Assembly: GCA_965238175.1 (NCBI GenBank)
Contig: CBDEGZ010000003.1
Span: forward strand, 1,792,001-1,856,000
Reading direction: 5' to 3'
DNA from: Gammaproteobacteria bacterium
Lineage (GTDB): Bacteria; Pseudomonadota; Gammaproteobacteria; CAJXQU01
DNA length: 64,000 nucleotides
Positions within the stretch are counted from its first letter, which is position 1. Every line of letters starts with the position of its first letter. The notes beneath the pieces are model-generated. The model was not told the DNA's origin. It saw only the letters and a list, made by a program, of their open reading frames with translations, and ran no database searches. The translations under genes were made by a program, and so were the position numbers. Positions 1 through 10,955 of the stretch are shown here, in pieces.

Positions 1-336
1 GCTGCCTGAAATATTCATTGCTCGCTCGATCAACGTTTTCTGGATCTCTTCTCGTAGTGAGCCTGCCCATTGATTATGCTCAGAGATTTTTATCTCATTA
101 TTATTTTCTCGATACACCAGTTGTGGTCGATTGAGTATGCTACTTATTTCTACTGGCCCTATACCCAGATTCAATTGTGGGTTTAGTCGTTCGCCTGAAT
201 AAATTTGCGATAAAGGTGTCAGTGAATAGTATCGTGATTCATCGAGCCTTGAGCTAGAAACACAGGCACTTAATCCTGGCAATATAAAACAGAGTGCGAT
301 AATTTTATAAGTATAAAGTAATTTCATATTGAGCAT
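1..336 (-). CDS. pqiC: PqiC-family lipoprotein (5' part; runs off window start)
   Basis: Not in the ORF track. Manual translation from ATG 336 gives MLNMKLLYTYKIIALCFILPGLSACVSS...RYYSL...LGIGPVEISSILNRPQLVYR...HNQWAGSL. It has a lipobox LSAC and PqiC-like motifs, and lies directly downstream of pqiB. Confidence 0.85.
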   Translation of the reverse strand, partial: MLNMKLLYTYKIIALCFILPGLSACVSSSRLDESRYYSLTPLSQIYSGERLNPQLNLGIGPVEISSILNRPQLVYRENNNEIKISEHNQWAGSLREEIQKTLIERAMNISGS

Positions 337-358
337 ATTGGCGTCCTAAAGTGTTCTT

Positions 359-2113
359 TTATTTCCCAAAAATAAGTGCGTCAGGTTTTCGCTGTAAAGT
401 GTCAACTAAGGCATCAAGACTACGGGAAGCTTCGGTTAATTCATCCAACAACACTCTTAGTTTATATTGAAAAGTTGAGTCTTCAGAAAAAGCATTTGTT
501 GTTTCTGACAACGTAATATCCATATTTGATAAAGTTGTGCTTACATCCTGCATAGTTTTGCTAGCAGAGCTTAATGCTTGATCAGCGCTAGCCAAAGTTT
601 TATTTATATTTGGCGAAATAGAATCCGCCAGATGGCCAAATTTGTGACTGGTTTGTTTGATGTCTGCAAGCAGAGCTTCGAGGTTTTTTATACTTTGTTT
701 ATTTTCTGGTGCGGCAACTAATTCTTTAACTTCAAGTACTGTATCGTTTAAATTATTGACGAGTTTATCAATCGGTAATTTTTCATATTTATTCGCCAGG
801 TTAGCTAGTCTACGTGTTAGCTCTCCGAATTGCCCCGGCGCAGTTGGAAATTTTAAATAATAGCCGGTTTCACGAATGCGATCGGGCATATTTTCTTCAT
901 CAAATTCAAGTTCAACATACATCTGCCCGGTTAATAAATTACCTGTTTTTAAACGTGCTTTTAAACCACGGGCGACAATGTTCTCGATAAATTCAGAAGG
1001 ATCTATTGCATCATCTTGTAAAGATAAACGTTCTGGATAGAGCTCCATTAAAACGGGCAATTCAACATTCAATGAGATTGGATCTATACGCGTTTCTTTA
1101 TCAAGAATTTTACCTACTGTCGTACCGCGGAAATCAACTGGCGCACCGACATTCAAACCTTTTAGATTCTCTTCAAAATATAAGACATATTCAAGTTTTA
1201 AAGACGGTGTTTGATCATTAATGCTGGAAGCATCTGGATGTAGAAAATATTCTTTACCTTCTATGGCAGAATTACTGTTAGACAAATTTCGTGGTGTATC
1301 AAAAACAATGCCACCGCTGATTAACGATGTTAATGATTCAACATGTGCTTTGACACCTTCTGATCCAAGACTTAGATCAAATCCACTGCTATTCCAGAAG
1401 CGACTGTTTTTTTGTACAAGGTGATCATAAGGTGCGCGAATAAAAATATTAATTTTTACATATTTTCCAGACTCATCCAGTTTGTATTTAACGACCTCGC
1501 CAACATCGATCTGTCGATAATAGATTGGCGAGCCGATATCGAGTGAACCAAGTTCGGTTGATCTTAAGACAAATGATTTACCTTTTGTTGAAAATGGGAT
1601 CTGTGGAGCTTCTTCTAAGCCAATATAAACCTCAGGGTTGTCATTTTCTCCCACCACACCGGGATCGATTGCTATATAAACACCCGAAATCAGTGTACTT
1701 AAACCAGTAATGCCTTTCGCACTGATACGTGGTCTAACAGCCCAGAAGTTACTATTTTCATTTAGATGCCTACCCATTGTCTGTTTCAGTTCAACGGTAA
1801 TAATTACATTTTCCAGATCGTTATCAAGCTCTATCTTTTCAACTTTACCAACATCAACATCTTTATAACGTATGCGGGTTTTTCCAACTTCGAATCCCTC
1901 AGCACTCGTGAAACTGATTTTGATTTCCGGACCTTTTTCACTGAGTACTTTTGCAATCAGCCAACCACCTGCAAGCAAGGCAACTAATGGGATTAGCCAA
2001 ACTAGCGACAGAGTCCGCGCACGTGTGACCTTAGCGGTGGGTAAGTCGTTTAACTCGATTGATTGTTTGTCATTCAATTTATCTTGTTTATTTTCTTTTT
2101 GTTTCACAGGCAT
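359..2113 (-). CDS. pqiB: PqiB, multi-MCE-domain intermembrane transport protein
   Basis: N-terminal TM (SLVWLIPLVALL), three MCE-like repeats (IRYKDVDVGKV, IYYRQIDVGEV, VDFRGTTVGKI) and a helical tail ending PDALIFGK. Confidence 0.93.
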   Translation of the reverse strand: MPVKQKENKQDKLNDKQSIELNDLPTAKVTRARTLSLVWLIPLVALLAGGWLIAKVLSEKGPEIKISFTSAEGFEVGKTRIRYKDVDVGKVEKIELDNDLENVIITVELKQTMGRHLNENSNFWAVRPRISAKGITGLSTLISGVYIAIDPGVVGENDNPEVYIGLEEAPQIPFSTKGKSFVLRSTELGSLDIGSPIYYRQIDVGEVVKYKLDESGKYVKINIFIRAPYDHLVQKNSRFWNSSGFDLSLGSEGVKAHVESLTSLISGGIVFDTPRNLSNSNSAIEGKEYFLHPDASSINDQTPSLKLEYVLYFEENLKGLNVGAPVDFRGTTVGKILDKETRIDPISLNVELPVLMELYPERLSLQDDAIDPSEFIENIVARGLKARLKTGNLLTGQMYVELEFDEENMPDRIRETGYYLKFPTAPGQFGELTRRLANLANKYEKLPIDKLVNNLNDTVLEVKELVAAPENKQSIKNLEALLADIKQTSHKFGHLADSISPNINKTLASADQALSSASKTMQDVSTTLSNMDITLSETTNAFSEDSTFQYKLRVLLDELTEASRSLDALVDTLQRKPDALIFGK

Positions 2114-2711
2114 CCCAAATTAAACGTGGATCAAAACTATGTGCAGCTAACATTGTAGCGATAACAACAATCGCAAAAGCAATCGAACCGGCACCGACTT
2201 CGATATAAGCCAATTCTCCAAACTGTACTAAAGCAGCCAGTATAGCAATAACGAAAATATCAACCATTGACCAGCGACCAACAAATTCTGTAATACGATA
2301 ATAAAAGGTCCGATCCTCCGGTCGCCAATCCGATTTTTCATGCACACTGACTAATAACCAGAACAATACGATCAATTTCATTAAGGGCACAAATATACTT
2401 GCGAAAAAAACGATCAAAGCAAGTGGCCACATGCCTTCATAGAGCAAGTAAATAACACCAGATAGAATGGTGTCAGGATTACTTTCACCTAATTGTGCAG
2501 TCGTTATTACCGGTAAAAAATTTGCCGGAATATAAAAAAATACAGCGGTCAGCAACCATGCCCAAGTACGGCTTAAACTACGCCTTATACGCAGACTGAC
2601 ACGGCTATTACAAGTCGGACAAAACAGTTCTCCAGAACCATCAACCTTAACAATCGAATGACAAAGGTGGCATTCTGCAAGATTAAAATCAGTTGCTCTA
2701 AGGTATTTCAT
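2088..2711 (-). CDS. pqiA: PqiA-family inner membrane protein (second PqiA unit)
   Basis: CxxC...CPxC N-terminus, PANFLP and GRWSMVDIFV motifs, FDPRLIWD end. Confidence 0.9.
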   Translation of the reverse strand: MKYLRATDFNLAECHLCHSIVKVDGSGELFCPTCNSRVSLRIRRSLSRTWAWLLTAVFFYIPANFLPVITTAQLGESNPDTILSGVIYLLYEGMWPLALIVFFASIFVPLMKLIVLFWLLVSVHEKSDWRPEDRTFYYRITEFVGRWSMVDIFVIAILAALVQFGELAYIEVGAGSIAFAIVVIATMLAAHSFDPRLIWDACETKRK

Positions 2712-3331
2712 GAATGTTGTCGAAGTTGTATCTCATGACGAACACGGGGTGGATCAAACAGATTATTCAGTAAGGTCATTAAAATGATCAATAGCACAAA
2801 TGCGTATAGCGATGGGCCAGTAATGATCACTGCTTGCTCACCCAGTTTAACAACCGCGACAAGAAAACCTAGCAAAAATATTTCGATCATATTCCAGGGT
2901 ACACTGTGATGACTAAGGCGCAATACCGAATCACTCATGACAGGAATTTTACCGAATAAAGGAGGAAGCAATAACCATGCATACGCTAACAACTGTAATA
3001 GCGGTGTTAAAAATGTAGTGGTAAAAACAACGATAGCCAAAAAATGCTGATCAGATCCCCAAAGTGTCGAAGACGAAGAAAGAATGGTAGCTTCGACGAT
3101 TTGGCCATTAGCACTTATAGATAACAGTGGGAAAATATTTGCCAGTATAAATAAAATAAACCCAGTGATCGTCAACGGTAATAGCCGGTTAAAAAACGAA
3201 TTATCTCCTTCGCGAAGTACACCTTTGCAACGAGGGCAATGCGCTTTTTCAGAACGATCTAATGGAGGTACTAGCATCAACACATCACATTCGTGACAGA
3301 TTGCCAGATTGCTTTGTATTTGATCAGACAT
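2708..3331 (-). CDS. pqiA: PqiA-family inner membrane protein (first PqiA unit)
   Basis: CHECD...CPRC, ANIFP and PWNMIEIFLLG motifs; 4-bp overlap with the next gene. Confidence 0.9.
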   Translation of the reverse strand: MSDQIQSNLAICHECDVLMLVPPLDRSEKAHCPRCKGVLREGDNSFFNRLLPLTITGFILFILANIFPLLSISANGQIVEATILSSSSTLWGSDQHFLAIVVFTTTFLTPLLQLLAYAWLLLPPLFGKIPVMSDSVLRLSHHSVPWNMIEIFLLGFLVAVVKLGEQAVIITGPSLYAFVLLIILMTLLNNLFDPPRVRHEIQLRQHS

Positions 3332-3604
3332 TAGTAACTCTCGTTGAAATCAAGAGCCAATGGAATGTACTAAGTTAAGCGTGTTTAGCACGATATCTGC
3401 TCCTATGTTGTATCTCTTTTATCACGTGTCTTGGTGCGGTTAAGGAAATCTAAGGGGCCAGCTTGATATTTAACCATTAGAATTTATAGCAATGAGCACT
3501 TTCATCAGAATAAACTGTTTTTTCTTATCCCAAGTTCAGGTTCTAAGCGCTGTGAAATTGTGCCCAGAGCACCTTCTAATCTTCCACTTCTATGTCGTGT
3601 GAAT

Positions 3605-4021
3605 TCAACCCCAGCCAAGTTGTTGCAAACTGATAGTATCATTCCAGATCTTCGTTAAGTGTTTGATTTTATCACTCTCGAAGACCATCGCGTATACATA
3701 ATCTGCTGAAATAGATTTTCCTGTGGGCGGTATTGGCCCACCTTCGCCGGTTTGTGTGCCTTTAAATACCCCGTATGCTGTTACGGTGTTATTCGCATCG
3801 TCTGCAGAAAAAGAAAGTAACTCGTAATGAGCATCAGGAATGGGAGTGAATAGACCTTTCATCCATTCGGTATAGCCTTCTACGGTGGATATTTCTGCAA
3901 GTACGGTTGTTTGTGATGAAAATGACGCATCTGTGTGACAGTATTTCTTACAGTGTTCCCATCCCTTTCCATTTTCACATGCTTCAAAGAATAATTCTGC
4001 AGGTTCTAAAATATTGCTCAT
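3605..4021 (-). CDS. SnoaL/NTF2-like ester cyclase family protein
   Basis: FKGTQTGEGGPIPPTGK motif and DKIKHLTKIWND end are typical of SnoaL-like folds. Confidence 0.75.
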   Translation of the reverse strand: MSNILEPAELFFEACENGKGWEHCKKYCHTDASFSSQTTVLAEISTVEGYTEWMKGLFTPIPDAHYELLSFSADDANNTVTAYGVFKGTQTGEGGPIPPTGKSISADYVYAMVFESDKIKHLTKIWNDTISLQQLGWG

Positions 4022-4393
4022 ATATATTCCTTAACTATTAGTTGGTTATCAAGTTTGATTGGTTAATTACATTATTAATGTAGGACGCCAGTATAAGGTA
4101 TTTTTCTGTTATTTTGATGGGAAACTATATATCAATGTATAAATAGATTCAGCAATGTGAATGAATGATTTATTAGGTGGATCTATGAGTAAGGATTGAG
4201 GTGTTTTGTTATAACATTTTTGTTCAATTGATCATCTCACGCTATTCATTTTAATAATCGTTTGCTTATGTCAGGAAGAGTAGGCAAGAAGGACCGATCA
4301 TTTCAGGATTTTCGATCTTGACCGATCTTTGCTATGTTACGGTGCAGTCGTTAAAGTAATATCAACGTAATTGGACTACTAAGGTGTATAATT

Positions 4394-4804
4394 ATGAAGA
4401 AAGCCATCGTTTTGCTTATGTCGATGATCGTATTCCACTCTACTGTACTTCTCGCCGAGGAGAACATTGAAATCGAGTTAAATAAACTGGAGGACAGAGA
4501 CGATAGTTGTCGTGCTTATCTGGTCTTCAAGAATCAAACCACTTCACAGTTTAATGAGTTTAAGCTTGATCTGGTGATGTTTGGTGCTGATGGCATTATT
4601 AGTCGCCGTCTTGCGGTTGACTCATCGCCATTAAGATCAAATAAAACCAGCGTTAAATTATTCGATATTGATGGGCTTTCTTGTGCGGGTATTAGCCTGA
4701 TTTTGATCAATGATGTCTTGAGCTGTCGCGATGAGTATGAACGCAATGATTGTGTGGATTTGATCGATGCCACCTCAAAAGGGAATGTCTCTTTTGTGAA
4801 ATAA
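4394..4804 (+). CDS. Exported Cys-containing protein associated with ExbBD-TonB clusters
   Basis: Signal peptide, ELNKLE...CR...LDLVMF...KTSVKLFD...C...NDVLSC pattern with 4 Cys; first gene of the exbB operon. Confidence 0.65.
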   Translation: MKKAIVLLMSMIVFHSTVLLAEENIEIELNKLEDRDDSCRAYLVFKNQTTSQFNEFKLDLVMFGADGIISRRLAVDSSPLRSNKTSVKLFDIDGLSCAGISLILINDVLSCRDEYERNDCVDLIDATSKGNVSFVK

Positions 4805-4851
4805 CAAATAGCTTTCGTGCAAGGGTCTCATAATAATTATAGGAAAGCAGT

Positions 4852-5508
4852 ATGAACGCCACACTGGAAAGAGCTTCATTTTTATTAGATGCGGGCGGCA
4901 TTGTCCTCATCATACTATTGATTCTATCGGTCATTGCCTTAGCCATTGTTTTATTAAAGTTCTGGCAGTTCCGGCAATTTCATTTAAATGATCAAAGCTT
5001 TATTCAACACACGCTCGATTATTGGCGCGCGGGACAAGCCAATGCCGCGATGGTTGAGTTGTTTAGAGCTTTTCACCCAGCGGCGCGGGTGATGGAAATT
5101 GCCATCAGAGGTATTGCTGAGCGACGCGTTGGTGAGGAGACAATTCGTGAAGAAGTGACGCGTGAAGGGGTAGAGCAAGTTGAGGAACTACGATCACATC
5201 TACGTAGCCTTGAAGTTATCGCTAGCATAAGTCCACTGTTAGGATTACTTGGTACCGTTATGGGAATGATCAATGCCTTCCAACAAATGGAAATTGCCGG
5301 TACTCAAGTTAGTCCGTCGATTCTTTCCGGTGGTGTATGGGAGGCGCTATTAACCACGGCGGTAGGGCTAGCGATAGCGATCCCCGTTGTAGTGGTGTTG
5401 AACTGGTTTGAGCGACAGGTCGAGAAGGCAAAACACACGATGGAAGACACCGTTACTCGTATATTCACTATACAAATGACAACTCTGCCGAACGAAGAGA
5501 AAGCGTGA
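4852..5508 (+). CDS. exbB: MotA/TolQ/ExbB proton channel protein
   Basis: SPLLGLLGTVMGMINAF and EALLTTAVGLAIAIP motifs. Confidence 0.92.
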   Translation: MNATLERASFLLDAGGIVLIILLILSVIALAIVLLKFWQFRQFHLNDQSFIQHTLDYWRAGQANAAMVELFRAFHPAARVMEIAIRGIAERRVGEETIREEVTREGVEQVEELRSHLRSLEVIASISPLLGLLGTVMGMINAFQQMEIAGTQVSPSILSGGVWEALLTTAVGLAIAIPVVVVLNWFERQVEKAKHTMEDTVTRIFTIQMTTLPNEEKA

Positions 5509-5513
5509 TTTAA

Positions 5514-5918
5514 ATGCAGTTTGATTTTTCATCTAATCAAACGCAACAGCCTCGAGCATTAATTGGTTTGACGCCACTGATCGACGTGGTTTTTATTTTA
5601 TTACTTTTTTTCTTACTCGCTTCTAGTTTTCTTGAATGGCATACAATCAAATTATCCACGCCAGCAACGCAAGGAATGGTGGCTAATTCTTCAGGTGGAG
5701 CAGTGTTGATCAGGCTTGGGTCAAATGGCGTACTTGATATTAATGGTCGTCCGGTGCTTATCGATGAATTGCCAAGTAAACTGATTCAATTTCTGGATAA
5801 AAAACCCGATCAAAAAATTCTTATTCGGCCAGCCAAAGGTGTTCCTTTGCAACCGGTAGTTAGTGTCCTTGATGCGGTGAAAAAAGCTGGCGGACAAAAT
5901 GTCTCTTTGACACGTTAG
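5514..5918 (+). CDS. exbD: ExbD/TolR family protein
   Basis: LTPLIDVVFILLLFF TM with the conserved Asp. Confidence 0.9.
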   Translation: MQFDFSSNQTQQPRALIGLTPLIDVVFILLLFFLLASSFLEWHTIKLSTPATQGMVANSSGGAVLIRLGSNGVLDINGRPVLIDELPSKLIQFLDKKPDQKILIRPAKGVPLQPVVSVLDAVKKAGGQNVSLTR

Positions 5919-5927
5919 GAAGCAATC

Positions 5928-6332
5928 ATGAAATTTCCTCAAACAGAAAAAAAACGACAATTAATTGATCCGATTCTACCGCTGATCAATGTCGTGTTCT
6001 TACTTTTGATTTTCGTCATGATGATGTCGCGGGTTGAAGGCACAGATGGTTATGAGGTTGAACCACCTGTTTCTAGCAGTGAAGATCCTGCGGGTACTCA
6101 AGAGCGCATTCTGGTTTTGACAGAGGAGGGCGGTGTATTGCTCAATGGTATTGAAGCCACTGAAAGTAAACTATTGAAGTTCGCGCAAGATCAAAAACGA
6201 GATGCACCTAATCAAATCGTAAAAATTAAAGCAGATGCCGATGTTGGCGCAATGAAACTGATTTCACTGATGGAAAATTTGCGTATTGGTGGCATTGAGA
6301 ACCTGGTCTTGTTAACCGAGAAAAGAAATTAA
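5928..6332 (+). CDS. exbD: ExbD/TolR family protein (Asn variant)
   Basis: ILPLINVVFLLLIF TM (Asp replaced by Asn) and IKADA motif. Confidence 0.88.
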   Translation: MKFPQTEKKRQLIDPILPLINVVFLLLIFVMMMSRVEGTDGYEVEPPVSSSEDPAGTQERILVLTEEGGVLLNGIEATESKLLKFAQDQKRDAPNQIVKIKADADVGAMKLISLMENLRIGGIENLVLLTEKRN

Positions 6333-6337
6333 ATTCG

Positions 6338-7588
6338 GTGTTGGGTATGTTAACAGCGGGACGCTCATCTAGAAACTCTACTAATTCTGCTATTATCAAT
6401 AGCCGTTTTATTGAGAGTAATAATACGGGGCAAATTCTTGCAGTTACTGTTCTTTCCGTTTTATTACATTCCGGAATTATTTTCTGGTTTGCTTCTCAAT
6501 CACCGGAATTTCCCGCTGTCGAGTTTAGCGAATTCAAAGTTGGTCTTGTCAGCTCTGAAGGCGTAGGTGAAATCTTGCAGGCAAACTTACCCGATATTGT
6601 TGCAGCATCTGAAGTAGTGACGGAAGAATCCGGCATTGTCGCACTGCAAGATGAGCTTGTGAGTGATGTTATTAGAGAACAGGCTATTGTTGAAGAGATA
6701 GAGCATGCTTTGACTCCAGTACAAAGTACGCTGACAGAAAACATAGAAATCGTCACGGCCATCACCGCTGAAGCAGCTAGTGTTGCCGATGTGTCTTTGC
6801 CCGAGATCAAAAATGTAGAATTAGCCTTAAGCAATGAAATTGAAGAATCGCGTCCAATCGAGATAGTTGAGACCGTTGTACCTTCTGCAAGCTCAAGTGA
6901 AGATGTGATTGAAACTGCCGGCATTTCTGACGAGGTTGAGAATGTTGCTCCGGTTAATGATTTTTTTAAGCCAGCAGAGATATTGGCCGAAGGTGATCCA
7001 ATTACATCTTTACCGATCGAACATCTAGTGGCAGTACCAGCACCCATAGCAATTCAAGCAAATAATAATCCTACTCAAGCTTCCAATGATGTTGAAATTC
7101 TGGAAATCAAAGCACGTGATGTGATCGTTGTTAAACCGGAATCAGGCAATGAAGCTTCGCCAGCAAAACGAGTAGCAGTCATAACACGAGGTGATGACTC
7201 ATCACGACCTCGACAAAGTCCTGCAGAAAATCTGGGTTCTGATGATTCTGATCGAAAACCATTGGTGAAAGAAATCGAACCACCTAAACCTGTGATCATT
7301 CCTAAAACGTATGTTTTGGAATTAAAAAATTGGCTTGGGCAATATAAAAAATATCCAGTAAATGCTTATCGGTTAAAACAGGAAGGCGTTGCGATTGTGG
7401 GAATTGTGATCAATCGAAGTGGCGATATTATTTCTTATGATATTCGACGCAGCTCTGGACACAAAGCATTGGATTTGGAAGTGGAAAATATGATCAAACG
7501 TGCTAAAAAAATGCCGGCACTGCCTGCTGATTTTCCTAGAGAACAATTGGAGTTATTGATTCCGATCCGTTTTAAAGTTAAGGGTTGA
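6338..7588 (+). CDS. tonB: TonB family energy transducer with long acidic linker
   Basis: TM with SxxxH (SVLLH), long Glu/Val-rich linker, C-terminal YPVNA...QEG...SSGHKALD...IPIRF. The exact start is uncertain. Confidence 0.85.
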   Translation: MLGMLTAGRSSRNSTNSAIINSRFIESNNTGQILAVTVLSVLLHSGIIFWFASQSPEFPAVEFSEFKVGLVSSEGVGEILQANLPDIVAASEVVTEESGIVALQDELVSDVIREQAIVEEIEHALTPVQSTLTENIEIVTAITAEAASVADVSLPEIKNVELALSNEIEESRPIEIVETVVPSASSSEDVIETAGISDEVENVAPVNDFFKPAEILAEGDPITSLPIEHLVAVPAPIAIQANNNPTQASNDVEILEIKARDVIVVKPESGNEASPAKRVAVITRGDDSSRPRQSPAENLGSDDSDRKPLVKEIEPPKPVIIPKTYVLELKNWLGQYKKYPVNAYRLKQEGVAIVGIVINRSGDIISYDIRRSSGHKALDLEVENMIKRAKKMPALPADFPREQLELLIPIRFKVKG

Positions 7589-7694
7589 TTATCAAGAGCT
7601 TTTTTTCGTTTAGCAGAATATAAAATAGTAGCTGTTTAAATCAAAAAGGTCTTTAATCTTTCGTTATAAAAACTCCGACTACACATTCTTTTAT

Positions 7695-8001
7695 GTGAAG
7701 CATTTTACTATTTTAATAATGGCAGCTCTAGCAGTTCCAGTTTGTTTAATATTCTATGGTTCTTGGATTTATCAGTTTTATGAAAAGCCAGTTATAAGCT
7801 TTTGTGATTCATTACAAGAGGGCGGAATACAAGCGTGCAATCACAGGATCTGCGAATGTTAAAAATGCTTCGCTCAATAAATTTTCATCAGGAAGCAACT
7901 TGGTTCAACTACGCAGCAACACTTTTCTTCTCGGCTGTATTTGTTTTATGAAATTCAAAAATGGAAAGCTTGCAAAGGCATATTTAAGAGAAGCAGACTA
8001 A
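7695..8001 (+). pseudogene. Possibly frameshifted small membrane-anchored hypothetical protein
   Basis: GTG at 7695 opens VKHFTILIMAALAVPVCLIFYGSWIYQFYEKPVISFCDSLQEG (TM anchor). An overlapping frame continues AEYKRAI...CICFMKFKNGKLAKAYLREAD to 8001, with the switch near 7820. Confidence 0.35.
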
Positions 8002-8057
8002 AATAAAGAAGTGAATTATGTTGAAGAAAATGATCAATAATCTTAGAAAGTACCCAT

Positions 8058-8927
8058 TTAACGAATCTCTTCAACCCTCACAAAAATATGATTCTGTTCG
8101 TTACCAGATCGACGTGTCTGATACATTCCAGAATTATTTTTATTATGGTATTCCTCAGTCACACCACCGAGTTCAATCCATTGTCCGAGTTTTCCTGAGA
8201 GTGTTGTCTCGGCTTGTTGAGTTTCAACGTGACTAACTCCAGAAGAAGAATTTAATCGTGATTTTTCTGGTGAGATAAACAAGGTCACATTATCACCAGA
8301 CAGATTCGGTACAACATAAAACCCTGAAGTAATATCGCGGTAATTTACCGAGTCGTAAACATCGGTTCCGTATGGATGTAAAACAACGGTTCTTTCATGA
8401 GTCGGTATCGCTTTGCCAGTTTGTATCCAGGCGGGCTGACCTTCGACAGTACGGACAAAATAGACATTGTCATCGTCAAATTGTGATCGGGTACTATTAC
8501 TTCGGTATCTGATCTCACCATGTTTGTTGCGTGCGGATATAACTGTTCCATCGTTGTAATCTGAACCTGGGTTTTGAGTTTCGATGCGAACATTGCCAGA
8601 ATCATAATAACCACCAACACTGTGCTCGCGATTTTGATGCGTTGCTTGGGAATCGTAACGGACACTTATTTTTAGTGAACGCAGAGGGCGATCAATAACA
8701 TCTAACGTTTTGATCAGATCTCGCATATTTTGATCGGTAGTACGAATAATCAATTGATCGTTCATACCTGAAACGCTACCACCTTCTACAAGGAGTGGTT
8801 GTAATATCGGCACAATATCACTCACTAGACGGTGTTTAAGTGGAATAATTTCCAGTGACATTTGCTCTGCATTTGCAGAGAGAATAATCATGAGGTTAAT
8901 TACAAATACAGTCAGGAATTTTTTCAT
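8058..8927 (-). CDS. Short secretin-like protein (secretin N-terminal/NolW-like domain)
   Basis: Signal peptide, then LEIIPLKHRLVSDIVPILQPLL...NDQLIIR...LDVIDRP, followed by a beta-rich C-terminus (GFYVVP, GQWIELGG). Confidence 0.7.
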   Translation of the reverse strand: MKKFLTVFVINLMIILSANAEQMSLEIIPLKHRLVSDIVPILQPLLVEGGSVSGMNDQLIIRTTDQNMRDLIKTLDVIDRPLRSLKISVRYDSQATHQNREHSVGGYYDSGNVRIETQNPGSDYNDGTVISARNKHGEIRYRSNSTRSQFDDDNVYFVRTVEGQPAWIQTGKAIPTHERTVVLHPYGTDVYDSVNYRDITSGFYVVPNLSGDNVTLFISPEKSRLNSSSGVSHVETQQAETTLSGKLGQWIELGGVTEEYHNKNNSGMYQTRRSGNEQNHIFVRVEEIR

Positions 8928-9436
8928 AGTGAAAGACGTCTGAAATTAGGATCTTGCCTGCTATGATCCCAAATCTGGTTAAACTCACGCTGAATTTCCG
9001 AGACAGTTTTTTGATCATAAAAATTAGCGCGGCCATCAAATCGATCAGAATGTGGGCGGCGAATATAGCCGCAGTCATCGGTCAAAAATAAAGCTTTATT
9101 ATAGCTATCGTATTCTCTATCTGGTTTGCGAATTTCGATAAAGCTACTTAACCGTTCGGCCAGATCTAACAGGCGGTGATTATGAGAGCGTAGTGTTTCG
9201 GGTTGCAGAACAATAATACGGATCTGCGTCAAACGAGATCTCAGGGCCAATTTTTTGATCGCAGCTATCATTTCCAAGGTGTCATAGATGCAAGGATCTA
9301 AATCCCGGCTGATGATATCCAAATGTCGTCGACAGCCATTGATCATTTGTACTGCTACTGCACGATTCTGATCACTGGACTCCAGGATCAGTTCTTGATC
9401 TGTTTCGCCGAGTATAAGGTGATCATAATTTTCCAT
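8924..9436 (-). CDS. Conserved hypothetical protein (resembles the C-terminal domain of some GNAT acyltransferases)
   Basis: IISRDLDP.IYD, HRLLDLAERLSSFIEIR, FLTDDCGY and F..IWDHS..DPNFRRL motifs; 4-bp overlap with the downstream gene. Confidence 0.6.
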   Translation of the reverse strand: MENYDHLILGETDQELILESSDQNRAVAVQMINGCRRHLDIISRDLDPCIYDTLEMIAAIKKLALRSRLTQIRIIVLQPETLRSHNHRLLDLAERLSSFIEIRKPDREYDSYNKALFLTDDCGYIRRPHSDRFDGRANFYDQKTVSEIQREFNQIWDHSRQDPNFRRLSL

Positions 9437-9464
9437 AGGTTAATATTTTAGATTAAAAAAATAA

Positions 9465-10841
<1,377 letters not shown>

Positions 10842-10955
10842 TTACCTTAGAACTTGTTTTTAATATCAGTTGATCTTACATGAAATAGACTGCTAGCTCT
10901 AAGTGGTAATAAGGTTCATGTTTTCGTAGTGGTACGTAAATCAAGTTTTTATTAT

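Noticed and set aside
2088-3331. Split pqiA as a pseudogene
   Set aside because: Both halves have their own start and Cys motifs with a 4-bp ATGA overlap; two-gene PqiA is a common arrangement.
3406-3421. Sigma54-like TAGCAC-GATAT-CTGCT near 3386-3401 and adjacent sequence
   Set aside because: It lacks the invariant -24 GG and has no suitably oriented downstream gene.
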